This document shows positions 44,106 to 54,319 of a stretch of DNA of 64,000 nucleotides, one piece after another. The stretch spans positions 896,001-960,000 of the forward strand of contig CAVOYH010000003.1 of NCBI GenBank assembly GCA_963700635.1, read 5' to 3'. A program made the position numbers and the translations under genes. Each line of letters opens with the position of its first letter. The stretch's first letter is position 1. The DNA is from an uncultured Bacteroidota bacterium (GTDB taxonomy: Bacteria; Bacteroidota; Ignavibacteria; UBA10030; UBA6906). The notes below the pieces were generated by a model. It worked only from the letters and a program-made list of their open reading frames with translations. It did no database searches and was not told the origin of the DNA.

Positions 44106-45551
44106 TTGAATACGATGACACAACCCACACAAGAATCGAGCCAGTCTCTCCTCGCCGAAGCCAACGCGCTGCGCTGGGAGATGGGGGAAGAATATCACGA
44201 CTCCCTCATGGAAGGCATCTACGAAGATGCCGCCCGCATAGCGGATCACTCCGTGACACGGGATGGCGAGAAAAAACGGCTCGACTACGACCGCACGATT
44301 GATCATCTCGTTACGAGCAAGTGGACCGGTTTCCCGTTCATGTTCCTCCTGCTGGCTATTGTCTTCTGGCTCACGGTTGAGGGAGCGAATGTCCCGTCAG
44401 CGTTACTTGCAGACTTTTTTCTGGACACACTTCATCCCCTCCTTAAATCAGCGCTGGAAGCTGTTGGTTCGCCCTGGTGGCTCACGGGGGTGTTGATTGA
44501 TGGCGCCTATCTGGCCGGAGCATGGGTCGTCAGCGTAATGCTTCCCCCCATGGCGATCTTCTTCCCGGTCTTTACCCTGCTCGAAGATTTTGGCTATCTG
44601 CCGCGCGTTGCGTTTAATATGGATGCGCTCTATCGCCGGGCGGGCGCGCACGGGCGGCAGGCCTTGACGATGACGATGGGATTCGGTTGTAACGCCGCCG
44701 GTGTTGTGGCCACACGGATAATCGACAGTCCGCGCGAGCGGCTGATCGCCATCATTACCAACAACTTCTCGTTGTGTAACGGAAGATGGCCGACCCAGAT
44801 CCTCATTGCTTCGATTTTTATCAGCGCCCTTGTGCCTCCCCATCTTGCCGGCATCGTTGCCGCGGGCGGAGTGGTTTTTGTCGCGGTGCTTGGGGTTGTG
44901 CTGAGTCTGGTGGTGTCGTGGTTCCTTTCCCGATCTGTGCTGCGGGGCGAAGCATCTGCCTTCAGTCTGGAGCTTCCGCCGTATCGTCCGCCCCGTCTTT
45001 TGCAGACACTGTACACATCGTTAATAGATCGTACAATCTTTGTGCTCTGGCGTGCGGTGGTGTTTGCCGTCCCCGCCGGTATGGTGATCTGGATTGTCGG
45101 GAATGTGACAATCGGTGACGTGACGGTTGCCGAACATTTTATTCGCTGGTCCAATCCGTTCGGCCTGCTGCTCGGGCTCAATGGCGTCATTCTTCTCGCG
45201 TACATTATTGCCATCCCCGCGAATGAAATTGTGATTCCGACCGTGTTGATGCTTACCGTGCTCACGTCGGCCATACCCGGTATCGGGGCCGGTGCGGGGG
45301 TGATGTTTGAGACTGATTCCGCCATTGCGGCGGCCGAGATTCTGCGGGCAGGGGGATGGACGACGTTGACCGGAATATCTCTGATGATCTTCAGTCTGCT
45401 TCACAATCCCTGCTCCACCACTATTTTTACGATCTACAAAGAAACAGGGAGTATAAAGTGGACGGTTCTTGCGACCCTGCTGCCGCTGGTGATGGGATTT
45501 GTCGCATGCTTCCTCCTGGCGCAGGGCTGGAGGGTGTTTTCCGGTGGTTAA
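44106..45551 (+). CDS. feoB: FeoB membrane (gate) part
   Basis: LEDFGYLPRVAF, GFGCNA, CNGR, ELPPYRPP, PANE, HNPCSTT; start 44106 (TTG) or 44115 (ATG). Confidence 0.93.
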   Translation: MNTMTQPTQESSQSLLAEANALRWEMGEEYHDSLMEGIYEDAARIADHSVTRDGEKKRLDYDRTIDHLVTSKWTGFPFMFLLLAIVFWLTVEGANVPSALLADFFLDTLHPLLKSALEAVGSPWWLTGVLIDGAYLAGAWVVSVMLPPMAIFFPVFTLLEDFGYLPRVAFNMDALYRRAGAHGRQALTMTMGFGCNAAGVVATRIIDSPRERLIAIITNNFSLCNGRWPTQILIASIFISALVPPHLAGIVAAGGVVFVAVLGVVLSLVVSWFLSRSVLRGEASAFSLELPPYRPPRLLQTLYTSLIDRTIFVLWRAVVFAVPAGMVIWIVGNVTIGDVTVAEHFIRWSNPFGLLLGLNGVILLAYIIAIPANEIVIPTVLMLTVLTSAIPGIGAGAGVMFETDSAIAAAEILRAGGWTTLTGISLMIFSLLHNPCSTTIFTIYKETGSIKWTVLATLLPLVMGFVACFLLAQGWRVFSGG

Positions 45552-45685
45552 TCATCGGGCATAACCGTGCTCAGGGTAACCCTCCGCGCCACCCGCTGAT
45601 TTTCCCACTTTTTCCCTTTTCATTCTCAAATATTGGAATTTTAGGGCTTCTTGGCCCCCACTTTTGCGGAATTGGGCGTTTATTC

Positions 45686-45701
45686 TGGCATGCTATTGGC
45701 A
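45686..45701 (+). promoter_or_regulatory. Putative sigma54 promoter for PFOR
   Basis: TGGCATGCTATTGGCA: GG-N10-GC. Confidence 0.55.
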
Positions 45702-45774
45702 GGGTTGCTATGGACTGCTCCTCTTAGAACATCCGGCATCTTTTTTTTCACCTCGAAACTGTCAAGGAATAACG

Positions 45775-48700
45775 ATGAAACGAGAAAAAGTCACGATTGA
45801 CGGCAATGAAGCGGCAGCATATGTAGCCCACAAGCTGAACGAGGTTATTGCCATCTATCCCATCACGCCATCCTCCAACATGGGCGAATGGGCGGATGAA
45901 TGGTCATCCATGGGACGCCAGAATCTGTGGGGGACGGTTCCTTCCGTTACGGAAATGCAAAGTGAAGGTGGAGCGGCTGGCGCGGTGCATGGTGCGCTCC
46001 AGACCGGAGCCCTTTCAACGACATTTACGGCATCACAGGGACTTCTCCTGATGATACCGAACATGTTCAAAATCGCAGGCGAACTCACTTCTACAGTGTT
46101 CCATGTTTCCGCCCGTTCGGTGGCCGCAAACGCGCTATCCATCTTCGGTGACCACAGCGATGTGATGGCCACCCGTACCACCGGGTTCGGGTTGCTGGCA
46201 TCGAACAGCATCCAGGAAATCATGGACTTTGCGCTTATCGCTCAGGCTGCCACACTCGAATCGCGTGTTCCCTTTATTCACTTCTTTGATGGTTTCCGTA
46301 GTTCACACGAGGTACAGAAAATTGAACAGCTGGCCGATGAAGACATGCGCGCGCTGGTGAACGACGACCTGGTGATTGCACACCGGCAACGGGGTCTCTC
46401 GCCTGACCACCCGGTCATGCGCGGGACGGCACAGAATCCCGATGTCTTTTTCCAGGGGCGTGAAACATGTAATCCGTATTACCTTGCCTGTCCGGACATT
46501 GTCCAGAAGGTGATGGACAAGTTTGCGAAGGTGGTTGGACGGGGATACAAGCTCTTTGAGTATGCGGGATCGCCGACGGCGGACCGGGTGATGGTGATCA
46601 TGGGGTCCGGCGCCGAAACCGCACAGGAAACAATCGACTTTCTGAACAAGGACGGTGCAAACCTGGGCCTCCTGAAAGTCCGTCTCTATCGCCCCTTCTC
46701 GGTTAAACATTTCCTCGCTGCCCTGCCGCCGAGCGTCAAGCACATCGCCGTGCTCGACCGGACAAAAGAGCCCGGCGCACTTGGCGAGCCGATGTATCTC
46801 GACATCATCGGTGCGTTGAATGAGGGGCTGATGGATGGTACTGCACCGGTAAAAACCATGCCCCGCGTGATTGGCGGACGTTACGGCCTTTCGTCAAAGG
46901 AATTCACCCCGGCCATGGTGAAGGGCGTGTTCGAAGAGCTTGCAAAACCAAAGCCCAAAAATCACTTTACGGTCGGCATCGTTGATGATGTCACACACAC
47001 CAGCCTGGACTATGATCCGTCGTTCTCCACGGAAGCTGACGACGTATTCCGGGGCCTGTTTTACGGTCTCGGCGCTGATGGTACGGTTGGCGCAAACAAG
47101 AACTCCATCAAGATCATCGGCGAAGACACGGAGTTCTATGCGCAGGGATATTTTGTATACGACTCCAAGAAGTCAGGCTCGACGACGACGTCCCATCTGC
47201 GCTTTGGCCCGCGTCCGATCCGTTCGACTTACCTTATCAGCACGGCAAAATTTGTCGCATGCCATCAGTGGTTCTTCCTGGAGAAATTTGATGTCCTGAA
47301 GACCGCGCTTCCCGGCAGCACATTCCTCCTGAACAGCATGTATGGTCCCACAGAAGTATGGGAGCATCTGCCAAAACACGTTCAGGAGCAGCTGATTCGC
47401 AAGAAGATCAAGTTCTTTGTGATAGATGCGTATAAAGTCGCCACAGAGACGGGAATGGGCGGCCGCGTGAACACCATCATGCAGACCTGTTTCTTTGCGA
47501 TTTCGGGCGTGTTAGCGCGTGACGCGGCCATTGAGGCGATCAAGAATTCGATCAAAAAGACCTACGGACGTAAAGGGGATGAGATCGTCAAACAGAACTT
47601 CGATGCGGTGGATCAGACCATAGCAAATCTGCATGAAGTCAAGGTTCCGGCAAAGGTCACCAGCACCATTGCCATGCCGCCGGTGGTATCGGAGACGGCT
47701 CCGGATTTTGTCAGGAACGTGACCGCGCAGATCATTGCCGGTTTAGGGGACAGTCTCCCGGTCAGCGCGATGCCGGTGGATGGAACATTTCCGACCGGAA
47801 CAACACAGTGGGAAAAACGGAATATAGCGCTTGAGATCCCGGTCTGGGACACGGTGACCTGTATCCAGTGCAACAAGTGCGCGATGGTGTGTCCTCATGC
47901 CGCCATCCGCACAAAGGTATACGATCCGAAGGATCTTGTCGGTGCGCCGGCGACATTCAAATCCGCGGACTACCGCGGTCCCGAATACAAGGGGATGAAA
48001 TACACGGTCCAGGTGGCGCCCGAGGATTGTACGGGCTGCGAGTTGTGCGTGGATGTGTGTCCGGCGAAGAACAAATCTGAAGTGCGGTTTAAAGCCATCA
48101 ATATGGCACCGCAGCCACCGATCCGCGAGACAGAAAGGTCCAACTATGACTTCTTCCTGAACCTCGGCGAAATCGACCGCCGTCAGGTAAAAATGGATTC
48201 GGTGAAGGGATCACAGTTCCTCGAGCCGTTATTCGAGTATTCCGGTGCATGCTCGGGTTGCGGCGAGACCCCGTATGTAAAACTGGTAAGCCAGCTGTTT
48301 GGTGATCGCACGCTTGTTGCAAACGCGACAGGATGTTCATCGATTTATGGCGGCAACCTTCCCACGACGCCGTGGGCGAAGAACAAGGATGGCCGCGGTC
48401 CTGCCTGGTCAAACTCTCTGTTCGAAGACAATGCCGAATTCGGCATGGGCATGCGGCTGACGATTGACAAGCATACCGAAATGGCCCTCGAACTGGTGCA
48501 ATTACTCGCATCCCAGATCGGTGACGACCTGGCATCGGCCCTGATCCATGCACATCAGGCCGATGAAGCGGGGATTCACGAACAGCGCCAGCGTGTTGCG
48601 GCGCTCAAAAAGAAACTCGCCACCATCTCATCGCCGGAAGCGCGGAACCTCCTTTCTCTCGCAGATAATCTTGTGAAAAGGAGCGTCTGGATCATGGGAG

Positions 48701-49353
48701 GTGATGGGTGGGCCTACGACATCGGCTTCGGCGGATTGGATCACGTGCTCGCCTCGGGCCGCAATGTGAATATTCTTGTGCTCGACACGGAAGTCTACTC
48801 CAACACCGGCGGACAGATGTCAAAATCCACGCCGAGGTCTGCAGTTGCGAAGTTTGCTGCAGGCGGAAAGCCCCTTGCCAAAAAAGACCTCGGCCGCATC
48901 GCGATGACCTATGGTGGCGTATACGTGGCCCAGGTGGCGATGGGACAAAACGATCTGCAAACGATCCGGGCATTTCTTGAAGCCGATGCACACGACGGAC
49001 CGTCGCTCATTCTGGCGTACAGCCATTGTATTGCACACGGTATCGACATGGGAAGGGGGATGGTAAACCAGAAAGCGGCGGTGGAAAGCGGTCACTGGCC
49101 GCTCTATCGGTTTAACCCGCTCCTGGCAAGCGAAGGGAAGAATCCCCTGAAGCTCGACTCGAAGCCGCCGAAGATCCGTTTCGAAGATTACGCATACCTT
49201 GAAACCCGGTATAAGATGCTCACCAAGAGCAAGCCGGAAGAGGCGAAAAGGCTTATGGCGCTGGCCGAAGAAGATGTCAAGACCCGCTGGAAGTGGTTTG
49301 AACAGGCGGCAAAGGAATGGGAAAGCAACACCCCCAAACCCGGGTCTAACTAA
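45775..49353 (+). CDS. nifJ: Pyruvate:ferredoxin (flavodoxin) oxidoreductase
   Basis: [22 protein letters not shown], two 4Fe-4S motifs, [23 protein letters not shown]. Confidence 0.98.
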   Translation: MKREKVTIDGNEAAAYVAHKLNEVIAIYPITPSSNMGEWADEWSSMGRQNLWGTVPSVTEMQSEGGAAGAVHGALQTGALSTTFTASQGLLLMIPNMFKIAGELTSTVFHVSARSVAANALSIFGDHSDVMATRTTGFGLLASNSIQEIMDFALIAQAATLESRVPFIHFFDGFRSSHEVQKIEQLADEDMRALVNDDLVIAHRQRGLSPDHPVMRGTAQNPDVFFQGRETCNPYYLACPDIVQKVMDKFAKVVGRGYKLFEYAGSPTADRVMVIMGSGAETAQETIDFLNKDGANLGLLKVRLYRPFSVKHFLAALPPSVKHIAVLDRTKEPGALGEPMYLDIIGALNEGLMDGTAPVKTMPRVIGGRYGLSSKEFTPAMVKGVFEELAKPKPKNHFTVGIVDDVTHTSLDYDPSFSTEADDVFRGLFYGLGADGTVGANKNSIKIIGEDTEFYAQGYFVYDSKKSGSTTTSHLRFGPRPIRSTYLISTAKFVACHQWFFLEKFDVLKTALPGSTFLLNSMYGPTEVWEHLPKHVQEQLIRKKIKFFVIDAYKVATETGMGGRVNTIMQTCFFAISGVLARDAAIEAIKNSIKKTYGRKGDEIVKQNFDAVDQTIANLHEVKVPAKVTSTIAMPPVVSETAPDFVRNVTAQIIAGLGDSLPVSAMPVDGTFPTGTTQWEKRNIALEIPVWDTVTCIQCNKCAMVCPHAAIRTKVYDPKDLVGAPATFKSADYRGPEYKGMKYTVQVAPEDCTGCELCVDVCPAKNKSEVRFKAINMAPQPPIRETERSNYDFFLNLGEIDRRQVKMDSVKGSQFLEPLFEYSGACSGCGETPYVKLVSQLFGDRTLVANATGCSSIYGGNLPTTPWAKNKDGRGPAWSNSLFEDNAEFGMGMRLTIDKHTEMALELVQLLASQIGDDLASALIHAHQADEAGIHEQRQRVAALKKKLATISSPEARNLLSLADNLVKRSVWIMGGDGWAYDIGFGGLDHVLASGRNVNILVLDTEVYSNTGGQMSKSTPRSAVAKFAAGGKPLAKKDLGRIAMTYGGVYVAQVAMGQNDLQTIRAFLEADAHDGPSLILAYSHCIAHGIDMGRGMVNQKAAVESGHWPLYRFNPLLASEGKNPLKLDSKPPKIRFEDYAYLETRYKMLTKSKPEEAKRLMALAEEDVKTRWKWFEQAAKEWESNTPKPGSN

Positions 49354-49391
49354 GACTACGCACATCGAACACCCTGACAGGAATAGAGAAT

Positions 49392-50381
49392 ATGGACCTC
49401 TCAACAACGTACCTCGGTCTGCAGCTGAAAAATCCTCTCGTGCCGTCAGCGAGCCCGCTGTCGCGTACACTGGATGATATTAAACGAATGGAAGACGCAG
49501 GCGCCGCGGCCATCGTGATGTACTCACTGTTTGAAGAACAGATTCATCATGAAGCAGCAGAACTCGACCACTATCTATCGTACGGCACTCAGAGTTTTGC
49601 CGAGGCGCTTTCGTACTTTCCCGAAACGACCGAATTTAACCTCGGGCCGGATGAGTACATCGACCATATCCGAAAATCAAAAGAAGCCGTGGACATTCCG
49701 ATCATCGGGAGTCTGAACGGAATATCCACAGGCGGATGGATTAACTACGCCAGGAAAATACAGGATGCCGGCGCGGATGCGCTTGAGCTGAATGTCTACT
49801 ATATCCCGACTGATCCCAAGCTCACCGCAGAAGCCGTCGAACAACGTTACATCGATGTGCTGAAGGCTGTAAAATCGACGGTGACAATACCCGTGGCGAT
49901 GAAACTCAGCCCGTTCTTCAGTTCCATGGCCAATATTGCAACGAAGCTTGACGCAGCAGGGGTGAACGGACTGGTTCTGTTTAATAGATTCTACCAGCCC
50001 GATCTGGACATCGAGGCGCTTGAGGTGGTGCCGAATGTAACCCTGAGCACATCCCAGGCAATCCGGATTCCCCTGCGCTGGATCGCCGTGCTCTTCGGAA
50101 AGATCAAGGCAAGTCTCGCCGCAACGAGCGGCGTGCATAGCGCCCAGGACGTCGTGAAGCTGCTGATGGCCGGAGCGGATGTCACGCAAATGTGTTCGGC
50201 TTTGCTTCTGCACGGCCCGGGCCGGATCGCGGAAATTCTGGACGAACTCGACCGCTGGTTGATCGAACACGAGTATGAGTCGGTAAAACAGATGCGCGGC
50301 AGCATGAGTCAGAAATCTGTCGCCGACCCGTCAGCATTCGAACGGGCCAACTATATGAAGGCATTAAACCGCTACAAATAA
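49392..50381 (+). CDS. Dihydroorotate dehydrogenase-like FMN protein
   Basis: [48 protein letters not shown]. Confidence 0.9.
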   Translation: MDLSTTYLGLQLKNPLVPSASPLSRTLDDIKRMEDAGAAAIVMYSLFEEQIHHEAAELDHYLSYGTQSFAEALSYFPETTEFNLGPDEYIDHIRKSKEAVDIPIIGSLNGISTGGWINYARKIQDAGADALELNVYYIPTDPKLTAEAVEQRYIDVLKAVKSTVTIPVAMKLSPFFSSMANIATKLDAAGVNGLVLFNRFYQPDLDIEALEVVPNVTLSTSQAIRIPLRWIAVLFGKIKASLAATSGVHSAQDVVKLLMAGADVTQMCSALLLHGPGRIAEILDELDRWLIEHEYESVKQMRGSMSQKSVADPSAFERANYMKALNRYK

Positions 50382-50461
50382 CGCAAAAGTGTGCAGTATG
50401 TTTCACCGGGCCGCAGGAGAGGGACATCTTTCCTGCGGCTTCAGTTCACACAGGAGGAACT

Positions 50462-51196
50462 ATGCGAACCCACCGGTTGATGCGTGTGATGATCACCGTT
50501 GCCTTTCTCTCCCCCGCGCCGCTCGCGCTGGCACAACACGAACACGGCACACAAAACACCGAGACCAGGGCACAGGTACCTGCGCTGAACAGGTTCCATA
50601 CGCCCATCTACAAGCTCTGGCACACCGCCTGGCCCGAGAAGGATACTGCCATGATGGCCGCCCTTATCCCGGCCATCGAAACGGGTGTGGCGGGCGTCGT
50701 GGAAGCGGAACTGCCGGGAATCCTCCGGGACAAAAAGGCGCTCTGGGAGGAAAACGTGAAACAGCTCCAGGCTGTTACTGCAGAGTACCGGAAGGCCATG
50801 GAGGGATCAGAGACACAACCCAAAATGGATGCTGCGGAGAAGCTGCATATGCAGTACGAACGACTCGTCCGCATTGTGCGTCCGGTGCTGAAAGAAATCG
50901 AAGCATTCCATTCCGTCTTGTACATGTTGTATCATTACTACCTTCCCGAAAAACAGACAGAGAAGATTGCCCGCGCGGCAGTGGATCTGCAGATGTCAAT
51001 GGACTCGCTCAACGCAGCGTCGCTCCCCACCCGTCTGAAGAAAAGAGAAGAAGCGTTCGTTGCCGCACGCGCGAAACTCTCGGCCTCGGTTGCTGAAGTT
51101 CGTGCGGTCATCCCTTCGAATGACGAGAAGAAGATCACACAAGCCATCAACGCCATGCACAGCGACTATCAGGCGTTGGAGAGAGTCTTCGAATGA
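50462..51196 (+). CDS. Exported helical protein with two His-motif repeats
   Basis: AGGAGG RBS, signal peptide ALA/QHEHG, internal duplication. Confidence 0.8.
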   Translation: MRTHRLMRVMITVAFLSPAPLALAQHEHGTQNTETRAQVPALNRFHTPIYKLWHTAWPEKDTAMMAALIPAIETGVAGVVEAELPGILRDKKALWEENVKQLQAVTAEYRKAMEGSETQPKMDAAEKLHMQYERLVRIVRPVLKEIEAFHSVLYMLYHYYLPEKQTEKIARAAVDLQMSMDSLNAASLPTRLKKREEAFVAARAKLSASVAEVRAVIPSNDEKKITQAINAMHSDYQALERVFE

Positions 51197-51648
51197 CAAG
51201 CCGGGCAGATATTGAAAAGTTTTTTGAGTCCAGGGCCTATGCTGTTATCGGGGTCTCCTCGGACCGGCGGAAATTCGGCAATACGGTCTTCCGCACGATG
51301 AAAGAAAAGGGATTTACGGTTTATCCCGTGCATCCGAAAACAGATATGGTGGAAGGGGAACGGTGTTACCGATCGGTTGCCGACCTCCCTCCGGAGGTCG
51401 TCTCCATTGTCACCGTCGTTCCTCCGCTCGTTACGGAAGGTGTTGTGCGGGAAGGGGTCGCAAAAAGTGTCCGACACTTCTGGATGCAGCCGGGATCGTC
51501 CTCAGCAGCAGCTGTTGCGGCTGCCCGGGAAGCTGGTGCAACAGTGGTCGAAGGCGACTGTATTTTGATGTTCCTCGAGCCCGTGGAATCGATCCATGCG
51601 CTCCATCGGTGGATCAAGAAGATCCTGGGGCGATATCCTGCCGCCTGA
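51193..51648 (+). CDS. CoA-binding protein (YccU-like)
   Basis: AVIGVS..KFG, YPVHP, WMQPG, GDCILM. Confidence 0.9.
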   Translation: MTSRADIEKFFESRAYAVIGVSSDRRKFGNTVFRTMKEKGFTVYPVHPKTDMVEGERCYRSVADLPPEVVSIVTVVPPLVTEGVVREGVAKSVRHFWMQPGSSSAAAVAAAREAGATVVEGDCILMFLEPVESIHALHRWIKKILGRYPAA

Positions 51649-53482
51649 CATCGGATCCGGCGCTGATGATCTTCTCCACGTCGTCCATTGCTCTCTCCAT
51701 TTTCCTCAACAGCATCCTGAACGGCTCCGGGGTTGTCATGTCCACTCCGGCCCGCCGCAACAATTCTATGGGGTAATCGGAACCGCCTGCAGACAGGAGG
51801 TCCATATAGCGGCGTGTCGCATCGGTGTCGCCCGCCAGCACCATCTCGGAGAGGGCTGAGGACGCCGTCAGGGAAGTAGCATACTGGAATACGTAGAAGT
51901 TGTAATAGAAGTGCGGTACCCCGGCCCATTCCGCCTGTACACCATCATCGACGATACACACCTTCCGATCATGTCCGTAATACTCCCGTGTCAGTTCGCC
52001 ATAAAGGTCCTCGAGCGAATCGCCGGTGAGCGATTTTCCCGCTTCGGCACTTTCGTGGATACGTAGCTCAAACTCTGCGAATTGCGTCTGGCGGAACAGA
52101 GTGGCCTTAAGACCATCCAGATAGTTGACGAGAAGGGAGAGCCGGATTCGCTCGTCGCTGACGGTCTCGAGCATGTAGTCCAGCAACAGGGCTTCGTTGA
52201 AGGTTGACGCAACTTCTGCAACAAAGATAGAATACTGGGACGTGGCGTACGGTTGTTCGGTGTTCGAGAGATAACTGTGCATTGTGTGTCCGAGCTCGTG
52301 CGTCACGGTGCTGACGTCGTCGTACCTGCCGTTGTAGTTCAGAAGGATATATGGATGCACGTCGTACACTCCCCCGTTTGAGTATGCGCCTCCGATCTTT
52401 CCTTCGCTCGGATAGACGTCCATCCACCGCTCCGTAAATGCCCGGGTTGCAACATCCCGGTAGGTTTGCCCCAGCGGTGCAATGGAGTCAAGGATCAGGT
52501 TCTTTGCTTCAGGGAAATCGTATTCAGGTGCGAGATCGGGGACTACGTGCGCGTACAGATCATAGTAGTGCATCACATCCACGCCCAGCAACCGGCGCCG
52601 CTGATCAAGGTACCGGTGAAAAACAGGTAACGCCTCACGGACATTCCTGATGAGTGCCCGGTACACATCGGCGGGTATGTTGTGTGCATGCAGCGCGCTG
52701 TGCAGGCAGGATGGGTAGTTGCGCACGCGCTGGTAATACATGTTCTTTTTGACTTCGCTGTATAACTGTGCTCCAAACGTGCGGCGGTAGTCGTGAAGTC
52801 GTCCAAAATATGCCTCGAATACCTTCCTGCGATCGTCCCGGTCAGGGACGGTGCGGTAGAGCGGGAATGCAGCCCTGTCAAGTGTTACCACCTTGCCATC
52901 CCGAAGTTTCACTTCGGCGAAAGGGAAATCGGCATTCGAAAATACGGTGTAGATGGAGCCGGACGAATCCGCCATCAGGCCGGCTTCGGCAATCAGCTTT
53001 TCTTCTGTCTCCGTTCCGGTATGCTCCTTCCGGCGTAATACGTCATCCAGCATGTGGCGGTACGGTGCAAGCCCGGGGTCGGCAGCGAAGAACTCATCGA
53101 TCCTGTCCCTGCCGAGCCGGAGCAGTTCCGGTTCGACAAATGCCGTGCGGGTGCTCAGGTCCGTGCCGATCTGCACAATTTCCTGCTGATGCGCGAGGAA
53201 ACCGGCATTCTTGGTATCAATGTCGGCATGTGCCGAGGCGTAGGTGTACAGCCGCGCGAAGGATTTGCTGAGATCTGTAACAACGTCCAGACACTCACAC
53301 AGGCGGGATGCTGAGGCGCCGAGCGTTCCACGGAACGCCTCAAGCCGGGGCAGGTCCTTAAGGAGCGCCTCCTTTGCACGAAGCCATGCGGCAAAGTCCG
53401 GGAACACCGGTGTAAGGTCCCACAAAAATTCTTCAGGGATCTTTGACCGATCTCGTTCAGTGGAAAGGACCGAAGGTGACAA
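51614..53482 (-). CDS. pepF: Oligoendopeptidase F (M3B)
   Basis: WDLT, GGAYS, HPYILLN, HELGHTMH, AEVASTFNE, PHFYYNFYVFQY. Confidence 0.96.
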   Translation of the reverse strand: MSPSVLSTERDRSKIPEEFLWDLTPVFPDFAAWLRAKEALLKDLPRLEAFRGTLGASASRLCECLDVVTDLSKSFARLYTYASAHADIDTKNAGFLAHQQEIVQIGTDLSTRTAFVEPELLRLGRDRIDEFFAADPGLAPYRHMLDDVLRRKEHTGTETEEKLIAEAGLMADSSGSIYTVFSNADFPFAEVKLRDGKVVTLDRAAFPLYRTVPDRDDRRKVFEAYFGRLHDYRRTFGAQLYSEVKKNMYYQRVRNYPSCLHSALHAHNIPADVYRALIRNVREALPVFHRYLDQRRRLLGVDVMHYYDLYAHVVPDLAPEYDFPEAKNLILDSIAPLGQTYRDVATRAFTERWMDVYPSEGKIGGAYSNGGVYDVHPYILLNYNGRYDDVSTVTHELGHTMHSYLSNTEQPYATSQYSIFVAEVASTFNEALLLDYMLETVSDERIRLSLLVNYLDGLKATLFRQTQFAEFELRIHESAEAGKSLTGDSLEDLYGELTREYYGHDRKVCIVDDGVQAEWAGVPHFYYNFYVFQYATSLTASSALSEMVLAGDTDATRRYMDLLSAGGSDYPIELLRRAGVDMTTPEPFRMLLRKMERAMDDVEKIISAGSDVRRQDIAPGSS

Positions 53483-53494
53483 CGTCTCTCCTCT

Positions 53495-54211
53495 CTATCC
53501 CAGGAACTTCCTGATCATCAGCTTCCACCACCGCCAGTCGTGCTGCGTGTGGTCCCCCCAAATGTCCAGCCAATGCCGCACATGCTTGGTATCAAGTATC
53601 CGGGACAGCTGGAGAGTCGATTCCAGATGTATATCCGATTCTCCTGCGACAAGGACAAACCGGATTTTTGTACGGAACAGGTTGAGAAACCAGGGATCGG
53701 TGAGATGAGGAAGATACTCGATGGGATTATTGTAGTAGCAATCTTCGTCGAAGTACCCATCCAGCAGAGGCCGGATATCAAAAGCGCCGCTGAGACTGAT
53801 GCACACGTCCACAATGTCCGGATGGCGCAGGGTGAAATTTACAGCGTGAAAGGCGCCGAAGCCACATCCGGTGACCGTAAGTTTCAGGCTCGTATTATGG
53901 GTGTGGATGAACGGGAGGACTTCCTGGATGACGTACTGCTCATAGCGGACATGTTCGAGCACGCGGGCCTTCGGTGGGATCTCCTTGTTGAACCATGAGC
54001 CGGCATCGGTGCTGTCGACACAAAAGAGCTGAATCGTGCCCTGCTGCAAGAGGTCGGCCACGGCGTCCACCATGCCGCGCTCTTCGTACTCCGAATACCG
54101 TCCGTTGCCGGAGGGAAATACCAACACCGGTGTCCCTGCACTTCCAAACACCAGCATCTCCATCTCTCTGCCGAGGACGACACTCTGCGTGCGAATGTAC
54201 TCTCTGTTCAT
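53495..54211 (-). CDS. Putative esterase (alpha/beta hydrolase) with Gly at the nucleophile position
   Basis: REMEMLVFG..G.PVLVFP, GCGFGAFHA, HDWRWW; promoter TTGACT-17-TATGTT at 54219-54247, 7 nt from ATG. Confidence 0.85.
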   Translation of the reverse strand: MNREYIRTQSVVLGREMEMLVFGSAGTPVLVFPSGNGRYSEYEERGMVDAVADLLQQGTIQLFCVDSTDAGSWFNKEIPPKARVLEHVRYEQYVIQEVLPFIHTHNTSLKLTVTGCGFGAFHAVNFTLRHPDIVDVCISLSGAFDIRPLLDGYFDEDCYYNNPIEYLPHLTDPWFLNLFRTKIRFVLVAGESDIHLESTLQLSRILDTKHVRHWLDIWGDHTQHDWRWWKLMIRKFLG

Positions 54212-54319
54212 GCCCGCAAACATATGGATTTCCCGCCGGAGAGTCAAGGATTGACAATCTGTTGGGAAAAGTTCGTATACTGTCTGCAATACCGTATGTC
54301 CATATATTGCAGGAACGTT

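Noticed and set aside
54251-54319. SAM riboswitch or T-box before yitJ
   Set aside because: Leader too short and no conserved motifs
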